Positions 1 through 14,100 of a DNA stretch of 64,000 nucleotides are shown in pieces; position 1 is the first letter of the stretch, and every line of letters begins with the position of its first letter. The DNA is from Octopus bimaculoides (lineage: Eukaryota): positions 15,938,037 to 16,002,036 of the forward strand of contig NC_069000.1 of the NCBI RefSeq assembly GCF_001194135.2. The letters run 5' to 3'. The translations under genes and the position numbers were made by a program. Under the pieces are notes generated by a model. That model was not told where the DNA came from and did no database searches. It saw nothing but the letters and a program-made list of their open reading frames with translations.

Positions 1-3000
1 ATTCAGATGTTTCATGCTAGATTGCCAAAATAGTTAAAACAATAAAGACAAATAAAATTTGTATTGGCCAATAGCGACCAGAAATGACTCTGCTTGAGTA
101 ATTTTGGCAAGAGTGTCTATAAAGCATTATTCAGAATGAATTTTGATGCCATTAAAAAATAATGGAATAATTTGGATGTTATAAGATTTAATAAATTTAA
201 TACTAAGTAGAATTCACATCTTTGTAAAGGCTAATGCTGGCTACAGCTAATATAGAAAAAAGCCTTTTAAGTTCCCAAGTTATATCTTTATTTTCAAAAC
301 TTACACCATTATGTAAAACAAAGTGATCTTTCTTTGTGTCAGAAAAAAAAAATCATTGTTCTAAGGATGAGTTACTCCAAGTATTTCAGATCTTAGGATT
401 TTTATAATTTTAGGTACTGAAGATGTATTTTTAATTATTATGATTGGAGACAGCAGCTGCATGTGGTGTCTATCAAATAATGTTCAGAAACAATGTCTTG
501 ATATTCCATGAGATAAACGTTGTTTTGTTTTGCCTTTTACTCCTTGTAGTTTTAAATGCAGTAGATTTGATAAAGCAATATTTGTATGTGAGAGACATGC
601 CCTTGTCTGCTGTTAGTTTGGTGCTATTAATTACCAATCACTTGTTTTGTTTAAATACCAGCTAGAATTATATATAAACATACATACGTAACTGGCACTC
701 TGTTGGTTATGATGAGTATTTCAGTTGATTCAATCAATGCAAAAGCCTGCTCATGAAATTACTGTGCTGCAAGTGGTTGAGCATTCCACAGGCACTCATT
801 TCCTTAATGTAGTTCTCAGGGAGATCCAGCATGATACAGACTGTGACAAGGTTGGCCCTTGAATTACAGGTACAACTCATTTTTGCCAGTTGAGTGGATT
901 GGAGCAATGTTGAATAAAGTGTCTTGCTCAAGAACACTACACGCTACCAAGTATCATGAGCCGAATACCCTAACCACTAAGCCATGTGCCTTCACATGTT
1001 CATACATTTGTGTGTATTACACGACACATATACAGACATGTATGTTTATGATTTTATGTGCAAGATACATATCCACTTTGATACCTTTGTGAAACCATAG
1101 TATGAATAAATTAGTCTAGTTTTCTAACACACACACATGATACAATTTGCTTCCTCGTTCATTATACTTCAGCTCTGTTGTAAATACTTATGAACAAAAT
1201 TGCCTGAAAGAGAATATTTTAAAGTAATGTTTGTTTTAGAATTTAGAAAAAGTGTATCGTGTATGTTCTGTTGTCATTTTATTCAAGCAGTGAACAACAT
1301 TCCAGCATGGTATTATCAAGTTAGGAGTTAGGTAGTAGCATAGACTTGATTGAGTCAGTGTTATGTTGTAACACCTGCAGTTCAGTTGCCACCACTGTCT
1401 GTTTTGGGGTCAATCTAACCGTCTGTAAATTAGACACCATGGAAGTACAGCTTAATGTCAGATGTAGTTGTGAGTATAGGGAGGTATAACTAACAAATTT
1501 TCATTGGCTTGCATGAAATCATGTCTTCCTTAACCCTTTAGCATTTAGAATATTCTATCAGGTGTAATGCCTGTTTATTTACACTGTTTTGAATTTACCA
1601 CAGATCATCTCATAGCTTTGAGATTTTGAGGATCTAATTGTCTATTTTTAGACTAATATTGTAGGGTAGGTGTGAGAGGCTGGATCTGGCCAATTTGAAC
1701 ATAAAACAGAATATTTGGGCCTGATGTGGCCGGTTTATGTACTAATGGGTTAAATGTAACTTAGATGAATGTGTTCTTGAAAGGATATATTAAGTGACTC
1801 TGTAGCTTTCAAGCTGTGCTGCAGCTGTCCAGTAGGTCACAGGACTCGATGGAAAAGAGGAATTTATATTTAAGGATTCTTTTTTTCCCTTGTAGTAAAG
1901 ATTGTTTGTCAACATAACATGGCAGTCCTGTTTTAGGACGAATGTTGCTGTAAACCAGGACTGCCATGTTATGTTGTCAAACAATCTTTACTACAAAGTA
2001 CTGTTGCTGAATATCTCATGTGAGATTTAAAAATAGTAATTCTTTTTTTTCCTATCAGTTTTATTGTAAATTCTTAAATTTTATTAAAAACATTGCATAA
2101 ATTTCATTTATCTAATGAAGGAGCAAGTGTTGACATATTTAATGTTGGTTAACTTCAAACTAATTGGAGCTTAAATAACTAAGTTAAATTAATGGATGCT
2201 ATGTCTGTATGAAGGAAAAAGTAAACAATGTTTAAGGTTAAGGGCGACAACTAAAAAATAAAAATAATGAAATGGTTTGCCACAAGAGTTGATAAAATTT
2301 TTAAACAAATAATGTGGTGAGGAGAAGTATAATCCTTCTTGACGACTCTGTTGCATATTTTAGAATTATTAGACTTCCTTCAATGATGCATTATGTCTGT
2401 TAGATCAATGGAGATAATTAAGTTTGGGTTCCCATATTCTGTAGGTAGTTTCAATGTAAGAACAAAAAAATATAAATAAAAATATTATAATGTAAGAAAA
2501 CACTGAAACTGGATTATTTAGTTAAAGAATAAAATCAGAAATGAAAATTAACCTTTGCAAAATTCAATCTTAGAATTAATAGAATGAAACCTTTTTTTTG
2601 TGATCTTAAAAACAATACAAAACACCAAATGTTGAGATGTTTTTACCAAAAGCAAGGTTCTTTTTTTCAATAAATCTTTTTTAAATTCTTATCTTGTCTA
2701 TAGTTGCAATTTAATACAAAAGCATGTGTTTACCAAATTTTTGTCACATAATATTTGAAAACAAATTATCAGTCATTTTATCTGTTTCCGTCAGATTGTG
2801 GCCATGCTGGGCCACCACCTTGTGTCAACTGAATCGACCCCAGTACTAATTATTGTAATCCTAGTACTTATTCTATCAGTCCTTTTTGCCGAACAGCTAA
2901 GTTATGGGAATCTAAACATACTAACACTGGTTGTCAAGTGATGATGGAGGAGACAAAGAGACACATACATATACGAGATTCTTTCAGTTCCCATTTTTCG

Positions 3001-3446
3001 AATTCACTCACAAAGCCTTGGTTAGCCCAAGGTTATAGTAGAAGTGGAGGGTAGTGAGGGGGGAGCTGGTTCTTATTGTAGAGAAGCTACACCGATAAGG
3101 CTATTAATATTTAGAAGAGAGGGTGAGAATAAGTAGGAGCTTGAAGTACAGGTGGATCCTTAAGGTACAAGATAAGGGAGTGAGGGGACAGAGGAACTAG
3201 GTGAGTGGCTGGATGGCAGTTTGCAAGAGATGACAGAATGGGAGAGGGGAGGTGGGCAACAATGTAAAGAATGGGTTGGGTTGAAAGGTGGATGTAGGGA
3301 GTGATAGATAAAGGGTGGGAGGAATGACCTGTAGTGCACAGACCAAAGATTGCTTCTCACAATGATAGCTTTAATAGATGCTCTAGTCAAGTCAAAATTG
3401 AAGCTACTGAAAAAAAACAAACAAATGTTCACTTTACAAAAAAACT

Positions 3447-3452
3447 TTTATT
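3447..3452 (-). promoter_or_regulatory. AATAAA polyadenylation signal of CCNDBP1
   Basis: AATAAA ~45 nt after the stop, followed by U/GU-rich sequence on the minus strand. Confidence 0.6.
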
Positions 3453-3495
3453 TACAGTTCTTCAGAAGTGTATATACAAAAATATTATTACAGAG

Positions 3496-3595
3496 TCACT
3501 CAGTGAGACTATGAATTTTTTCTGTATTATGCTCAACGGCCTTTAATAAGAATTCTAACCACTGCTCATCATCTTCATTAGTCACATGTGATGAT
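3496..3595 (-). CDS. CCNDBP1: CCNDBP1 last exon (RSSHVTNEDDEQWLEFLLKAVEHNTEKIHSLTE*)
   Basis: poly-T + gcag acceptor, TGA at 3498-3496. Confidence 0.9.
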
Positions 3596-4791
3596 CTGCA
3601 ACAAAAAAAAAAAAAAAAAATTCAAAAGAAATTTGGACACAAGTAAGGGTTGGCAACAAAAACGGGGCATCTAGCTGTAAGAAAATCTGCTTCGACAAAC
3701 CCTGTGACTCATGCAAATATAGAAAAGTGGATGTTAAAACAATGATGATGAAGTCAATGGCTTTATAGAAATGCCAAACTAAAGCCTTACAAATTTTCAA
3801 TCGTGAAAACAAAGCAAGCAAGCAAGAATGGAAAGAAACAGAAAAAAGATACTTCAAGTGAAAATAAGTCAATGACTCACCTCAGACAGTTCAAAAAGTT
3901 CCTCAAAATTTCAGCCAAGTGTTCAGACTATGATAATAAAAGCAAAGAAAAAATTGATTTAATATGCAAATCATCAGCCAGGGTGGGTCTTATATTTTGT
4001 TTGTAATCAGTGCATTATCTTATCTGTGTATGTTTCAGCATGTCTTGTGCTCTGAGTACTGTCTCTGTCATTAATTATTTAATACTGTATAGGATAGATT
4101 TGTTTACTAACATCATCATTATTATTTAGTGTCCATTTTCCATGCTACCTTGGGTTAGACAGTTTGACCAGCGCTGTTAAGTTGGAGAGCTGCTCCAGGT
4201 TCCAGTCTGTTTTGGTTTGGTTTCTATGGCTGGCTGGATGCCCTTCCTAATGCTAATCACTCCACAGAGTGTACAGGGTACCTTTAACATGTCACCAGCA
4301 CAGATGCCTTTTAGATGTCACTGGCAAGGGTGCCTTTTGTGTGTCACCAGCATAGGTGTTTTTCACACATTACCAACACTGACCATGATTATGATTTCAC
4401 TTAGCTTGGTGTCTCTTTTATTCGTTTTGTGTGATGTAGTACACTGCAATTTCTTTTTGTTAAAAGGCACAGTGGACCAGTAGGAAGATGTACTTGTATG
4501 GCCAGTATAACAACTAGAGTGTTAAAAGAGTTTACGTGAATATATATACAAGGGTTGCTGAAAAGTTCTTGCCTTTGTTTAGGGTCATAAATTTAAGTAT
4601 AAACTACCTAACTACCTTAGAGATAGTCTATTTCAATGAAAAAATGGATTAGATTTGTACTTGATGGGGAATCCAGTCTTATATTATAAAAAAGAAAATT
4701 CACATTAGCATCACATTTCCTCTAGTGTTTTTGCCTATCAAATCAGTTGCTCTCTCTTTGCATATGTATAATTTGTGATGAATTTGTGTGC

Positions 4792-4823
<32 letters not shown>

Positions 4824-7800
4824 GAGGGGGTGCTGAAAAGTTCCTGGTTTTGAGTAAAAGAAAATACAGGAGGATCAGTTAATTATGATTTTATTCAACA
4901 TCCCTCTCAGATTCACACATTTATTACAGTGGTCCTTTTCTTAAAGAACTTGGAAGGTTCGCATTCCAACTAGGCTTTTCATGATACCCTTAAAGCCAGG
5001 AATTTTTCAGTGCCCCTTTTAAATACATATAGGCACACAAACTCATTGTAAATTTTTAAAGAAATAATAATACTCACATAAGCTCGAACAAAACGATGTC
5101 CCATTGGTGGATAAAGAGCTATACCCAGTTGGTCAACTGCTGGACTCAACTTTTTAACATGGTCTGCCAGGTCATCATACTGGCTAATCTGCTTGGCTGC
5201 GTCACATTTACCATTTTTCATAGTGGTCTTTAGTGCTTCCTTGAGCACATGATTAGCAACCTTAATGAGGCTCTGGCTGGGTCCCAGTAAGGTCTTGTCC
5301 TCTTCACTCCATTCATCTTCATTGCAATGGTCACCAGCTATGATGTCATCAATATCATCAAACTGACCGTCTTCAGTCACACCCTGAAAGAGAACAAAGA
5401 ATACATGCATCTTAAATGTTTGTCTTCTTACAAGACCTTACATTTTAGATGAGAGGAGAAATGAGGTGGTATGACACCATCATCATCATCATCATCATCA
5501 TCATCGTTTAACGTCCGCTTTCCATGCTAGCATGGGTTGGACGATTTGACTGAGGACTGGTGAAACCAGATGGCTACACCAGGCTCCAATCTGATTTGGC
5601 AGAGTTTCTACAGCTGGATGCCCTTCCTAACGCCAACCACTCAGAGAGTGTAGTGGGTGCTTTTACGTATCCCCGGCATGAAGGCCAGTCAGGCGGTNNN
5701 NNNNNNNNNNNNNNNNNNNNNNNNNNNNNNNNNNNNNNNNNNNNNNNNNNNNNNNNNNNNNNNNNNNNNNNNNNNNNNNNNNNNNNNNNNNNNNNNNNNN
5801 NNNNNNNNNNNNNNNNNNNNNNNNNNNNNNNNNNNNNNNNNNNNNNNNNNNNNNNNNNNNNNNNNNNNNNNNNNNNNNNNNNNNNNNNNNNNNNNNNNNN
5901 NNNNNNNNNNNNNNNNNNNNNNNNNNNNNNNNNNNNNNNNNNNNNNNNNNNNNNNNNNNNNNNNNNNNNNNNNNNNNNNNNNNNNNNNNNNNNNNNNNNN
6001 NNNNNNNNNNNNNNNNNNNNNNNNNNNNNNNNNNNNNNNNNNNNNNNNNNNNNNNNNNNNNNNNNNAGATTTTCTTGTTAAAATTTATGTGCAATAAATT
6101 TCTTATACGTCTACAGTGCACAAAATATTTTAATTTTTTTTTTTTTTACACAATTCCTAATAATATTTGATTATAAAAATACAGTAGGATGTTTTTCAAT
6201 ATACAGTAAATGGTTATGGAGGCTCAGTAGAGTAAAATAGAAATCAAAGGGGTTCATAGGTAAAAAATGGTTGAAAGCCACTGATCAAAATTAAAAAATC
6301 ACTGGTGGTGCTCCAGCATTGCCACAACCTTAGGGCTGAAACATGCAAAAGAATTTAAAAAAAAAAAAAATCATTTGTTATTTCTTTTCCAGTTTATTTA
6401 ACTCTTTAGTGTTCAGATTACTCTGTCAAATGTAATGCTTAATTATTCACATAGTTTTGAATTTCCATTATCTTGTAGCTTTGAGATTTCAATGATGTGA
6501 TAGCATATTTTCAGAATGACATTATAAGGTAGGCGTGAGAGGCCTGATCCACCCAATTTGATCATGAAACAGGTAGAATATTTGGGCCTGATGTGGCTAA
6601 AAGGAATATATTTGATGTAAACGATAACATTTCTTTTAACACACAGATATAGATACACACAAGAGCAATTAAGATATGAATAATGCTACCAAAACCATCA
6701 GATATTTCGTTTTTGGATTGGGTTTGCAAGATTTTTTATGTGATTTCGTGTGTTGAAGCATATTCTGTTGTGTCTGGGGAGAGTCATTTTCTTATTGTGC
6801 CTTAAAATTTAACACACTCACCGTTAAAATAGTCTTGACTATTGATAAGGTTGCAAGACGCAATGAAAATTTTAGGAAAATAAAAATAAGAAATAAGTGG
6901 AAATTTTAACGGTGAGTGTGTTAAATTTCAAGGCACAATAAGAAAATGACTCTCCCCAACCATCAGATAGTCTGCATTAAAAATGAAAAAACAAATTTAG
7001 ATCTTTCATATGATTNNNNNNNNNNNNNNNNNNNNNNNNNNNNNNNNNNNNNNNNNNNNNNNNNNNNNNNNNNNNNNNNNNNNNNNNNNNNNNNNNNNNN
7101 NNNNNNNNNNNNNNNNNNNNNNNNNNNNNNNNNNNNNNNNNNNNNNNNNNNNNNNNNNNNNNNNNNNNNNNNNNNNNNNNNNNNNNNNNNNNNNNNNNNN
7201 NNNNNNNNNNNNNNNNNNNNNNNNNNNNNNNNNNNNNNNNNNNNNNNNNNNNNNNNNNNNNNNNNNNNNNNNNNNNNNNNNNNNNNNNNNNNNNNNNNNN
7301 NNNNNNNNNNNNNNNNNNNNNNNNNNNNNNNNNNNNNNNNNNNNNNNNNNNNNNNNNNNNNNNNNNNNNNNNNNNNNNNNNNNNNNNNNNNNNNNNNNNN
7401 NNNNNNNNNNNNNNNNNNNNNNNNNNNNNNNNNNNNNNNNNNNNNNNNNNNNNNNNNNNNNNNNNNNNNNNNNNNNNNNNNNNNNNNNNNNNNNNNNNNN
7501 NNNNNNNNNNNNNNNNNNNNNNNNNNNNNNNNNNNNNNNNNNNNNNNNNNNNNNNNNNNNNNNNNNNNNNNNNNNNNNNNNNNNNNNNNNNNNNNNNNNN
7601 NNNNNNNNNNNNNNNNNNNNNNNNNNNNNNNNNNNNNNNNNNNNNNNNNNNNNNNNNNNNNNNNNNNNNNNNNNNNNNNNNNNNNNNNNNNNNNNNNNNN
7701 NNNNNNNNNNNNNNNNNNACTGAATGTGAGGGAATGTAACTCTCGAAGCGAGCCTTTTAAAAACAGACCTGCAGCTGAATCTGAAATGTCACATTGCATC

Positions 7801-10575
7801 CAGTGAGCTGACTCAGCCAGCTCGCCACTTTAAGTTAAACTGGCACTCTGTTGACTACAATGGAACAGCCAGCTTGTGAAATTAATGTGCAAGTGGCTGA
7901 GCACTCCACAGGCGTGCACACCCTTAAGGTAGTTCTCAGGGAGACTCAGCGTGACAAGGCTAGCCATTTGAAATACTGGCACCACTCAAGTTTGCCAGCT
8001 GAGTGGAGTGGAGCAATGTGAAATAAAGTGTTTTGTTCAACGACATAATGTACAGCTGAGAATTGAACTCATGAACATACAATTGTGAGCCAAATACCCA
8101 AACCACTAGGCCACGTGCCTTCACATTAATAATAATACTTGTAAAAATTTATGCATTTATAATAGTATATATGATTATATATTAATATATAAATATACTT
8201 GAAAATTACAAAAAAAAAAAAAGATGAAAGGAAAGGGTTAACAATTGATAAAACGGTACCAAACTGGTTGCTTTTATCAACCACTGTGACTAGTTATGTA
8301 GAGTCAACTGAAACGATCCAAGCCTTATTAGATATTTACCTTTTGGCTGAGAACTGAAGAAGTCAGAATGCTCCCACACTATTCCTGTTTTGTACAGCAT
8401 CTCTGGGGAACTGGGGAAAAAGAAAATGGAAACCTTTTATTTCCTTTTACAGTAGACAAGAATGCAAATTTCTGAACACACAAAAAAGCTTGAAATACGT
8501 TCTATTCAGAGAAAGCTTCAAAAATCGAAAAAAAAAAAAAAAAAAAAAANNNNNNNNNNTATGTATGATGTTAAAATTATACGTCACAACATAAATGATG
8601 TTTGGGTTTACAACATCATCTAATACTCATTTTTCCATGCTTGCATGGGCAGATCTTGTCTTGTAACAGCATTCACCCAAGAGGGGTTAAGCAGGCAAGG
8701 CATACACACACACAGATATGCATACACAAACACATGCACATATGTGCATATATACACATATACATATGCACAGACACACAATGGGATTCTTTTAGTTTCT
8801 GCCTACCAAATCCACTCACAAAACTTTGGTCATCCTGGGGCTATAGTAGAAGACAATTGCTCAAGGTGCTGCAAGTGGGACTGAACCTGAGACCACATAG
8901 TTGAGAAGCAAGCTTAGCCACACAACCATGTCTGTTGCTATATCTGCTGCAAAAGCATGTATAGTCGTTGAGTGGTTTATACTTAAGATCAGAAGAAATA
9001 GTGCTTGGAGAAAAGTGAGATAAAGGGCCTCTGTAGGAAAACTGCTCCAATAAGTTTTGTCTGACCCATGTTAGCATAAAGAAAGCTGATGATGATGTTC
9101 CTAAAATATGTAATAATTAAATAGGTTATTGTTGACTTGTTTACTTACCCGGCACTACCTGTCTGGATGGATTTGATAAATGTGTTAACCTTTTCGATTA
9201 GCTCAATTGTGGACTTTTTAAAAGAATCCCTCAGCAACAAACCTTTATTTTGGAAAATAAAAAGAGAAACAATAAAATGTTTCCAGAAAGACAAAAAAAG
9301 TTTCATTGATATTGATATTGAGTAACCAATTATTTCAAATCTTTATAAAGAAGACTTTAAAGACATGGTTCGTAGATAATTGTATTTGATAGCATATAAG
9401 GCATTTTCCCCCAAAACATCCATAAAAAACAAACAGACCCAGATCCTATACAAGAAGTTGGGCTTCCCTTAAGCCTTGATTTAGTGAAACGCTTTTTTCT
9501 TCAGTATGCACTTCTGAAATTGGGGAGCATCTAATACAGCCATGCAATCTTTTATGCCATCAAATATGGCAGTTTCTGATTCACCCTTTATTTTGTAAAT
9601 GTGTGCTGAGGATAACTGAAAAGCCACATTTCCTTTCAGTATCAAGTTCAGATAGATTTACTGTCCAACCTTTAAAATGTTACTTCCCAATCTCTGGAGC
9701 AACAAAATTACTAACCACAAAAGTAAGTTGATGCCAGTTCTCAAAATATTACTACTGTATCATATGATTAACCATTCTTTTTTTCACAAGTTGACTTTGT
9801 TATAGAAATAGGATTTAGTCAAAATATGGTTCATGAATGACCAAAATTTCACATAAGCCAAATACAGCATTTTCTTAAAAGAGACATTTCCTGTAAGGGA
9901 AGTGTTTGGTCATTTTAGATTAAGAGCTTAGCATCAACCTACAGTTAGAGAGATCTGAGTAGATCTATGCTCAAAGGCATTCCAGTTGTGATCAACCAAA
10001 CTTTTCTTTTCGAGCATACTTTATCTAGGACTACATTATCCAAAGAGCACATAGTAAATTACTCCTGGTACATTAGGGAAAATTAGTTAAAGGTGGCTGA
10101 AGGTATCAAAAGATATCTCAAACACAAAAAATATTTACATCTGCTAAAAGGTCACATTAACAACAGAATTCTTCAATAGAGTGTCTGGGTGTCATTAACA
10201 TATGGAAAATACATCTTCATGCCAGCATTACAAATCCCAAGTTATCCTCATTAACAGATTTAAAAAAAAAAAAGAGTCTTGAGTCAAGTTATAGTAATAA
10301 ATTCTAACAGAAACACAAATCTACACATGTCAGGACAGAGTGTACTAATTTGACCTTCATAGTTGACTGGTAATTGTTTAAAAAAAAAAAGAACTTAGTA
10401 GATTTGAATTCAGAAGATAAAAGTACATAATTAAAAGCTGTTGACTTGTTTGAGAAATTCATAGCTTTATGACGTTTATAAGTAACTGTATATGTAGGTA
10501 TCTATTATTGCTATAAACATAACTTAAACTACATGATGAAGGTACTCAAATGTAATAAATTATCAGATAATGAAA

Positions 10576-10633
<58 letters not shown>

Positions 10634-11103
10634 ATTACATAAATTATAGATGTTTTTCTAACAATTACTTTGGATCTATGATAAACATTCTTAGTAATGT
10701 GACAAGTTTTGTCTCAGGAAATCTATTACATTTTTATAAAAAGTAAAACAATACAACTTCAAATAGAAAAATAGTATTAATACCTTGTGTTTTGGGGAGC
10801 ATATAGAAACTGGATACAAGTGTTAGTGCTGTCATCTCTAATTTACTTAACATTTTTGTTACAGCCTAAAAGAAATAGTAAAAATTGTAGTCGATTCTAT
10901 CTATAACAATAATGATAATATATTTAAACTGTTATTCAATGAGTGGAAAGGAAAAGAAATTGGACACTAAGTAGTACTATATAATTAATTTAAAGAAAAT
11001 TTAATGAGAAAATAGATAAATATTTAAATAAATAAGTTGGTAGACTGAGAGATGATTGCTACAACAGATATATTACATATTATACTGGACACACTCACAT
11101 ACC

Positions 11104-11136
<33 letters not shown>

Positions 11137-14100
11137 CAAAATTAAGAGGAATGACCACTAAAGTGGACACCTAATATGCTAAACATAGACGTCAAATCGC
11201 CATTACCACAAAGAAAAATCTCAGCAAAACGCCAAAATGTTTCAGTTGGTCATCATCATCTACTAGATTTCAGCAATGGCTCTTAAAAAGCAATGGAAAG
11301 CTCAGAATGTACTTATGTTATACACATGTTATTTCTTTATATGGTAAGCACAAATGTGAAGATATGGTTCACTAAAGTTGAACATACTATAAAGGATGGC
11401 AACTGCCATGATTACGTCAATGAACTGCATGCTTCCAAATTTATTTCTTTATTACCCATAAGGGGCTAAACAGAGTGGACAAACAAAGGGATTAAATCGA
11501 TTTCATTGAGCCCAGTGCATAACTGGTACTTATTTAATCGACCCTGACAGGATGAATGGCAGAGTCGACCTTGGTGGAATTTGAACTCAAAACAGAGCAG
11601 CAGATGAAATACCGCTAAGCATTTCGCCCAGCGTGCTAACGATTCTGCCAGCTCGTTGCCTTAATTAATGCTTCCAAATTAAAAGCAATAAATCTTTCCA
11701 TCTTCACATTGACAACAAAAGGACTAATACATGTTATTTCTCTACATGGTAGCATAAATGTGAAAATATGGTCCACAAAAAGGATGGCAATTGCCATGTT
11801 TATGTCAACGAGCTGCATGCTTCCAAATTAAAAGCATTTAATTTTTCAATCTTCACACTGATAATAAAAAATCTAACTACAATTAGTTAGTTTTAAACAC
11901 TGGAACATAACTGTCATGCTGTTATGATGGGAAGAGAAGATAGATAAAAAGTGACTTACTTCTGGTGTTGGATAGGGTGTCTTAGAAAATGCCATAGAAA
12001 TAAGAGTCACATCATGCGAAAGTGATAAGCTAATATTTCCTGAAAGAGAAAAAAAAACAACCAATTATTAGGGCTTGTAGCTGTATTCGTTAAACTGATT
12101 TCATCTCACCAATGTTCTGATTCAAAGAATTTACTTCAAATTTTTAAGTATAGTGAGAGTATTATAATATTTTTGCATAATGGAATTTAAAAAGAAAAAA
12201 AATATTTTAGGAAAAATAAAGTTTAATCAATAAATTATTAATTTTTACTCATGTTGTTATTTAGCCCTAACCATTAACCTATGATCAAGAGAAGTTCTAG
12301 CTATGGCCATCCTATTTTATAAACACTTTGTTATCTATGACTCAAGATAACTTTATTTACCAAAAAAATGGTATTAGGATAAAAATAAACCTCCTTTTCT
12401 ATAATGTTATTCAATAAAGCCACCTTCAGCTTCAACAACTGCTTCTATATGAGATCTAAATTATCTACAAGCTTAAATCAAGTGGTCCTCATTTCATTTT
12501 GGACATTTCTCTGACTATGGCAGCTTTCAAAGAATCCTTGGTGTTATGTGCATATTCATTGACCTCTCTCTCAATATAGACTCATAGGGCTGGTTTCCAG
12601 ATCTCTGTGGCACATATACTCCCCCACTGGATGGGATGCTGGTCTGTCACAGGATTACTCATTTTTGTCAACTGAGTGGAGCAATGTAAAATGAAGCGTT
12701 TTGTTCAAGAACACAATGCGTTGCCTGGTCCAGGAATCAAAACCACAACCTTATAATCATGAGTCATATATAAACAGACATCATGTGAAAGCATATTTTT
12801 TTTTAAATATGAACAACTGGAGAAGTTAGCAAATCTTCCATTAATTTGTAGTGTGGAGTTCAAGCCCTCACTTAAGTCAGAAATCATCATCACTTAATGT
12901 CAGTTTTCCTTGCTGGCATGGGTAAGATGGTTTGACTGGAACTGGTAAACCAGAGAGCTGCACCAGGCTCCAGTCTGTTGGGGCTTGGTTTCTATGGCTG
13001 GATGTCCCTCCTAACACCAATCACTCAATAGTGTACTGGGCGCCTTTCACGTGTTACCAGCATAGGCCACAACTATGATTTCACTAAGTTTGAAATGTCT
13101 TCTCAAGCACAGCAAATTGCCAAAAGTCTCAGTCACTTATCCTTGCCTCCATGAAACTCAACATCCAAAGATCATATTTCACCACTCGATCCTACATCTT
13201 ACTCTTCCACAGGTTCTCTCAACAGTCACAGATTGGCGCTTCTTTATGCAGCTGTCCTTGTCCATAAGGAAACTGTTCCGAAGCATTTTACTGAAAGAGC
13301 CAGACTCTCCAATAGTTCAAAATACTATGCAATACCTTCAACAGTAGAAACTCACAACAACCAACAATCACAAAATAAGACAATGTCAGTCTTAAAAACA
13401 ACAATAAAATACAAAATAGGCATACTTATTTGATTCCAGTAATCATCTTTAGTATAATAGGTGTTCTCTGCATGATCTGATTCGCCATCTGAAAAAAAAT
13501 ACAGCATAAAATTCTGAAAATGTAGATACTATAGACATAATTTATTATTATAATTCCAGCAAATCTGTCACAGTTTGCAAGATTAGATATACTTACATAC
13601 ATACATACACATAGATTGCAACTAAGCCTGGCATAGGTACACCAGCACTGCATGTTTGTTAATCTCCATTCAGCATAACTTATTGTCAGGAGTGAATAAT
13701 GGAGCCTATAAATGGTTGGCTGATTTGATAAAAGTAGCCAAATCTTGGTCTGTTATCTAATGTCTGCATATAAAACATATATACATATCATATATATATG
13801 TATGTATGCTTTTTATTTTTGTGAATTTCTGGTTGCTTACATTCTATATATAAAATATATATATTAGGTCATCCCCTAAGTTCTGTCCGATCTTACCTTT
13901 TTTAAAACTGAATGAAATTTAATAGTAATTTAGAATGTCTAATGGAATTAAAAATTATTTTTATGCATTTGTGTACATTTACACTAATTAAATGTTATTT
14001 TACAGAATAATAGAATTAAAATTTCTTTGATTAAAACTTTTCTAACATGGAAGTAGCCAAAGAGCATTTGAATGACAGCAAAATATAGAAGCTTCCCAAA

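Noticed and set aside
414-511. Possible + strand terminal exon (ttttag|GT ACT GAA...CCA TGA; TEDVFLIIMIGDSSCMWCLSNNVQKQCLDIP*)
   Set aside because: No recognisable homology and no upstream exon in the window; such short frames arise by chance. Would need RNA-seq.
3329-3408. Exon-like segment on the minus strand (ORF 3160-3432)
   Set aside because: It lies downstream of the CCNDBP1 stop and AATAAA; the true last exon is 3595-3496.
5560-7806. Long ORFs made of X residues (also at 15.6, 35.3, 42, 45.2, 49.6 and 53 kb)
   Set aside because: Artefacts of translating through N gaps.
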